A stretch of 63,593 nt of DNA, counting the filler. It is 8 parts of 8 records of this genome, joined end to end, with 100 filler letters (N's around TTAATTAATTAA, not from the genome) between each part and the next. Parts side by side here need not be neighbours in the genome. Positions count along the whole stretch, not along the records: positions 58,308 to 63,593 come from SRR31156797_6043; 7 more parts are not named here. One strand, 5' to 3'. The position numbers and the translations under genes are program-made. Below, in pieces: positions 58,308 through 63,593 of this stretch. The notes under the pieces are model-generated. The model saw only the letters and a list, made by a program, of their open reading frames with translations, was not told the DNA's origin and made no database searches. Every line of letters starts with the position of its first letter. The first letter of the stretch is position 1.

Positions 58308-60222
58308 AATAAGGATCAAAAATCCGATCGACAATGACCGGATTGATTCCTGTACCGGTATCTGAAACTGTAAGCTGGATATATGGACCGGGAGAAAGGT
58401 CCAATGCACCGAGTTGATCCGGTTTATCGATGGATACCGATTCCAATCGGACATCGAGGATCCCTCCCGAAACCTGCATGGCGTGGTATGCGTTGGTACA
58501 CAAATTCATGATAACCTGGTGAATTTGTGTAGGATCGCCAATCATCGGCTTATCGCATGAAATGTTGGATTGGATCTGGATCGTGGCCGGTAACGAAGAT
58601 TGGAGCAGCTTCAGCACCTCCTTGATGATCGGTGCAATCAAAACCGGCGCTTTCAATTGCTCCTGCATCCGGCTGAAGGCCAAAATCTGTTCCACCAACT
58701 CCTTTGCACGGTGGCCCGCATTGTTGATGGCTTGCAGCTTGGCGAAAAGCGGATGTGTGGAATCGGTGAGATCCTGTAACCCCAATTCCGAATAACCCAG
58801 GACAGCACTAAGGATGTTGTTAAAATCATGGGCGATTCCGCCTGCAAGAGTCCCCAGCGCCTCCATCTTTTGGACACGGCGTAGTTGGGCTTTCAATCGT
58901 TCCTGGTCCTCTTCCGCCCGAATCTGACGGGACAGATCGATAAAACTCTCAACAAAGAAATTGCGTCCCTGCAACGATGCCCTTATGACAGTCTTCAAAA
59001 CCGGTATTTCCCGGCCGTCGGCGGTCAACAAAATGCGTTCGGACTGCTCCATCTTTTTCATCGATTGCATGGGACATTTCCCGGTTTCTGCCGGGCAAAG
59101 AACGCTGTGACAGACCTTTCCAACCAACTCTTTCGGATCGACACCGACCATACCGACTGCAGTGGGGTTTACATATTCGATCCGGTAATTCTCTGCATCG
59201 ACGATCAGAATACCGGTGGGAATCGTGTCCAGAATGTTTCGCAACCTGGTTTCGTTTTCTTTTAGCGCTGCCGTTGCTCGAACGGCTCGCATCGCTTCAC
59301 AGCTATAGGAAGCCAGAATGGTGCCGATCTCCCTGTCCTGTTCCACAAATGGGGAAGGAACCTTGCTGTGTAGCGTCATAATCGCGGAAAGGCTTCCATA
59401 TTCGTCGACAATCGGAAAAAGTAACGCCGAACTGTCGCTGTAACCGTCCCAACCACTTGTTCGAACCATCTTTTTCGACTCGATTTGATCCACCAGAATG
59501 GGCGATCCAGCCCTCAAAACCCGCTGAAAAAGAGAATTTTCCGGCAAGGGGAAGGGGATAAAGTCAGGGGCATGGCCTTTGTCCAGTGCGTGGACCAGCC
59601 GCAACCCTTCCTCTTTTTTCATATACAAACTGCCGCCGCTAGCTCCCATGTGACGTCCGAACTCCTCAAGAAGCTGTGTGCCGAACTCGTTTACCTCGCT
59701 GCAAAAGGAAAGTGACCTTGTTGTATCGACAATATTTCGCAAGCGCTTGTTGATCTGAAGCAGGTTCGTATTGGCATCCGCCAATGCCGCCGTTCGTTTT
59801 TCGACGAGTTCCTCCAGGTGTTTCCGATATGCCTCATTTTCCTTTTTCAGCCGCCCCTTTTCCAGGTTGGCTTCCACCGCGTGGGAAAGGACGGATAAAT
59901 CGGTGACCGGTTTGAGCAAATAGTCCCAGGCTCCACAACGAAGAGATTCAATGGCATCACCGATAATTCCCGTACCGGACGCAACGAGCAGCGGTGTCAA
60001 GGGTGAGCGCTGGCGAATTTGGGCAAGCACCTGGAGACCATCCATTTCGGGCATACGGAGATCTACAATGACCAATTCCGGTTTTTTCTCTTCAAAAATA
60101 GAAAGTCCTTTGCGTCCGTTTTCAGCAGTCAGGGTCTCATACCCGCAATCCTCCAAATACGCGCCAAAGCTATCCCTGATGGCAACCTCATCATCAATGA
60201 TTAAAATTTGTAAAGCTTTCAT
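58308..60222 (-). CDS. REC-GAF-PAS histidine kinase, 3'-truncated
   Basis: N-terminal receiver, GAF-like region, PAS, GIAHDFNN, QVIMNLCTNA, D.GTG. Confidence 0.9.
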
Positions 60223-60226
60223 TGGC

Positions 60227-63200
60227 TCATACCTTCTGTGATTTTGGTAGTCGAATCACAAACCGGGTTCCCTTCCCTTTTTGGGAAAAAACATCCATTT
60301 CACCTGAATGATTTTCAGTGACAATAAAATAGGAAACGGACAGCCCAAGCCCCGTTCCCTGTCCCTCCGCTTTGGTTGTAAAAAAGGGTTCGAGAATACG
60401 CCGGCGAATGTCTTCATGCATGCCGGGGCCGTTGTCGGCAATCTCAACCTGGCCCCATGGACCGGCTTCTTTGATGGTCAGCGTCATGAGCGGGTTCTTC
60501 CGGCCAATTGTATTTTCACGCATCGCTTCGGCACCGTTTTTTAGAATATTTAAAAACACCTGCTGAATTTTACTCTTTTCACAAGGTATAAGCACCATCT
60601 CCTCGGCATAGTCCCTGATAATGGAGACCTGCTTGAAGTCATAGTGTTTTTTCATATCATAATCGGTTTGTGCGAGTTCGATGGTTTCATCCATGATCAC
60701 CCGGAGATCATAGCTGGATACAATGTTATCGCTTTTTCTGGCGAAACTGAGCATGTTGCGAACAATGGTGGCCGCCCTCTCTCCTGAAGCACAAATGTTG
60801 TTGATCATTTTCTTCAACTGGCGCTGCTCCATATACTGCCGAATGGCGTCCATTGTGGTACCGGCCTTCGCCGCCGCTTTTTCGTTGGCGGAAAAATCCT
60901 TGAGCAAACGATTTTCCAATACGGCGGCATTTTGAATAATGCCGGCAAGGGGGTTGTTGATTTCATGGGCCATCCCCGCTGCAAGGCCCCCTACAGAAAG
61001 CATCTTTTCACTTTGGATCATCATCTCCTCAAGGCGAACCCTTTCCGTTACATCATCGACACGGATTACAGCGCCTTCCACACCATCGATCATGAGAGGA
61101 AATATCGTTACGTCTTCAAATCGAATCTCCTCCTGGCGGTGATGGGGTGCCTTCATTTTTCTGAGTACCCGACGCTCTTTGATGGCCGTATCGATCAGCC
61201 CCATCAGCGGATTCAATCGAGAGAATACTTCCTCCAGCGGACAGCTTCGAGCCATTTCGAAAGTAAGCCCGGTATTCTTTTCCGCCTGTCGGTTCCACTG
61301 CGTGACCTTCTTTTCGGAATCGACACCGACCAAAATGGAAGGCATTGAGTCGATGATGTTGACCAAATAATTGCGCAGGCGACTCAACTCCTCTTCCGAT
61401 CTTTTCCGTTCAGTAATATCCTGGTAGGTTCCCAGCACGCCGATGATCCGTTCATTGTCATCCCGGATGGGGACTTTGCTGGTCTGCAGCCAGATCGTCG
61501 CCCCCATCGGTGTGGTTTGGGGCTCTTCAATATTGATTAGGGACTCACCCGATGCCATGACGGCAACATCACCACTGCGGTATAGATCGGCCTGATGGTT
61601 TCCCCAAGGAAACTCATAATCGTGTTTGCCGATTAACTCTTCAGGGCTGGATCGACCGGCATCTTCGGCAAATGGCTGATTACACCCTAAATAACGGCAG
61701 TCGATATCTTTCCAGAATACACGTACCGGTATGGTGTCCAATATGAGCCGAAGCATTCGGTTGGCCTCCACAAGTTCATTTTCAATCTTCTTTCGATCGG
61801 TGATGTCCAGGATCACACTCTGGTAATGACGAATATCACCTTTGGGGCCCCGCTCAATCATGGTTCGGCAATCCACCCATCGTGTCTGGCCGTTTTGCGT
61901 AAAAATCCTGCACTCCTGCTTGAAGGCAGGAAAACGCTGAAAAATTTTTTCGTTGAGATCCCGGGTCAGCCATTTAAAATCGCCTGGATGAATAATAGAA
62001 GAGAAGTTCACCTCTCCGGAGAGAAGTTTTTCCGGTTGGTAGCCGAACTGACGTATGTTTTTCGACACAAACGAAACCGGCCATCCCTTTTTAGGTTCCC
62101 AGCGGAGCAGGACTGCCGGGCTGTTGTTCAACACAAGCTCCATCAATCGAAGATTTTCCTCCGCCTCCTTTTTATGGGTGGTCACCTCCGTAAAAAGAAT
62201 CAGCCCGCCAATCTTTCCCGTTCTATCCCACCATGGATGCAGACTCCTTTGCACCCAGTCCATGGTTCCGTCGGATCGATAAAAGGGTTCTTCTTCCCTT
62301 TCAATAACCTCCCCTTTCAGGCACCGTTCATGTTGCCTTTTCCAATCATCGGGGATTGTCCCAAAAATATCGTAATGGCAGCGCCCAATCAAATTTTCAT
62401 CCGGAAGCCGATAATCGATGAGCCATCTGCGGCTGTACCCCAAATAATTCATTTTAGTGTCGCACATGGCTACCGCTGCAGGCGTGTTCTCCATAAACTG
62501 GTGCAAAAGGTTTTCTCTTTTTGCAAGACGGGCTTCTGCAATCCTTCGTTCTGTAATGTCATGAAGGGTTTCTATGGCTCCTACGGAGAATCCATTTTCG
62601 TCGCACAATGGTCCGGCAGTAATTTTGAAATGTCGGTCACCGAGTAAATGCACGGGGTTCAATGTTTCCGCAAAAACGCGATCACCCTCTTTTTTTACAT
62701 GGGTGTAGGTATCTGCGACCTCATCACTCCAATCGTTCACCAGGTCGATCACCACGGGCCGGTGCGTTCCATAAAATGGAACGGAATATTCATGATCACC
62801 TAGTCCCACGATCGTATGGGCTTTGACCCCGGTAAGCACTTCCATGGCCCGGTTCCAGGCAATGACACGGCGTTCTCTGTCAATGACAAAGGTGGGGTCC
62901 GGAAGAAAATCGATGATCTGCGACATTTGCTGTTCCGACTGCTGCAGGTATTTTTCAACCTTTCGGCGTCTCGCAATCGTTCCTAATAGGAAAGCAATCA
63001 GGATTGTTAACACAGCGATGGCCGAAAATCCGCTCCAAATGAGAGGTTTGTAGACCTGATAAAAGGAGGCGGGACGATTGATGACCAAACTGTCGGCGGG
63101 AAGATGGGTCAAGTCGAGCCCGAACCGCTCCAACACCTTGTAGTCAAAAGAGAAGCGGTTGGGACTTTTCATTATTACGGGAATAGAGTCCGCTTTCACC

Positions 63201-63593
63201 CCTTTAAGAATCTGCAGGGCCATGGTTCCCGCAGTTTTCCCCTGCTCGTACCCGCTGACCAGTTTACCGCCTACGATACCGTATCCGAGGTTGAACTCCC
63301 ACAGACCGAATACCGGCACAGGTGAAGCCTCACAGACTTTTCTGGCGCTGTCATCGTATTCGTAAAAGCGATTTTTGCTATCCCGAAAAAAAAAGGTATA
63401 AAGAACCAGGTCACCGGTCTTCAAAGCAGACAGTTCATTCAACAGATCTTCCCGGTGAAGGTTTTCCAGAAAGGAAAACGTTACCCGGTCGGCATAAGTC
63501 TTTGCAACACGCTGAATTTCACGGTTGACATTACGACCGGTAACCGTGGCGTCGTTAACAACAACAATCCGTTTCGTTTCCGGCACAAGGGCC
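60227..63593 (-). CDS. Multi-PAS sensor histidine kinase with ABC-binding-like input, 5'-truncated
   Basis: Periplasmic-binding-like region, TM, about five PAS/PAC units, AHEINNPL, GTGLGL. Confidence 0.9.
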   Translation of the reverse strand, partial: ALVPETKRIVVVNDATVTGRNVNREIQRVAKTYADRVTFSFLENLHREDLLNELSALKTGDLVLYTFFFRDSKNRFYEYDDSARKVCEASPVPVFGLWEFNLGYGIVGGKLVSGYEQGKTAGTMALQILKGVKADSIPVIMKSPNRFSFDYKVLERFGLDLTHLPADSLVINRPASFYQVYKPLIWSGFSAIAVLTILIAFLLGTIARRRKVEKYLQQSEQQMSQIIDFLPDPTFVIDRERRVIAWNRAMEVLTGVKAHTIVGLGDHEYSVPFYGTHRPVVIDLVNDWSDEVADTYTHVKKEGDRVFAETLNPVHLLGDRHFKITAGPLCDENGFSVGAIETLHDITERRIAEARLAKRENLLHQFMENTPAAVAMCDTKMNYLGYSRRWLIDYRLPDENLIGRCHYDIFGTIPDDWKRQHERCLKGEVIEREEEPFYRSDGTMDWVQRSLHPWWDRTGKIGGLILFTEVTTHKKEAEENLRLMELVLNNSPAVLLRWEPKKGWPVSFVSKNIRQFGYQPEKLLSGEVNFSSIIHPGDFKWLTRDLNEKIFQRFPAFKQECRIFTQNGQTRWVDCRTMIERGPKGDIRHYQSVILDITDRKKIENELVEANRMLRLILDTIPVRVFWKDIDCRYLGCNQPFAEDAGRSSPEELIGKHDYEFPWGNHQADLYRSGDVAVMASGESLINIEEPQTTPMGATIWLQTSKVPIRDDNERIIGVLGTYQDITERKRSEEELSRLRNYLVNIIDSMPSILVGVDSEKKVTQWNRQAEKNTGLTFEMARSCPLEEVFSRLNPLMGLIDTAIKERRVLRKMKAPHHRQEEIRFEDVTIFPLMIDGVEGAVIRVDDVTERVRLEEMMIQSEKMLSVGGLAAGMAHEINNPLAGIIQNAAVLENRLLKDFSANEKAAAKAGTTMDAIRQYMEQRQLKKMINNICASGERAATIVRNMLSFARKSDNIVSSYDLRVIMDETIELAQTDYDMKKHYDFKQVSIIRDYAEEMVLIPCEKSKIQQVFLNILKNGAEAMRENTIGRKNPLMTLTIKEAGPWGQVEIADNGPGMHEDIRRRILEPFFTTKAEGQGTGLGLSVSYFIVTENHSGEMDVFSQKGKGTRFVIRLPKSQKV

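Noticed and set aside
58308-63593. Novelty in the multi-PAS kinases
   Set aside because: Ordinary architecture, abundant in Desulfobacterales

Overview
The window is not one replicon. It is eight contigs joined by seven artificial 100-nt N-linkers containing TTAATTAATTAA, as in a concatenated metagenome. Contig 1 (1-15363) is the most interesting. It is part of a P1-like (Punavirus-type) contractile-tailed phage or phage-plasmid, probably of a sulfate-reducing Desulfobacterota host. It keeps the P1 order 25-7-24-6-5 ... 23-22-21. Its cargo includes a signal-peptide-bearing tetraheme cytochrome c3 fusion, a complete C4-type antisense RNA switch in front of a Bro-N antirepressor, a DUF6036-like nucleotidyltransferase pair inserted in the tail operon, and a tail sheath with two carbohydrate-binding-like insertions. 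Contigs 2, 3 and 6 look Bacteroidota-like (tRNA-Met, ECF sigma, recQ, amylase; pstB-phoU-phoBR; signalling genes). Contigs 4, 5 and 8 look deltaproteobacterial (sigma54-driven acyl-CoA genes; glycosyltransferases and an atypical DnaA; PAS kinases). Contig 7 is very AT-rich and carries a Crp/Fnr-permease unit, an MNT-HEPN gene and a Hachiman-like nuclease-helicase pair with a broken nuclease gene. All family and taxon assignments come from motif recognition and recall, not from database searches.
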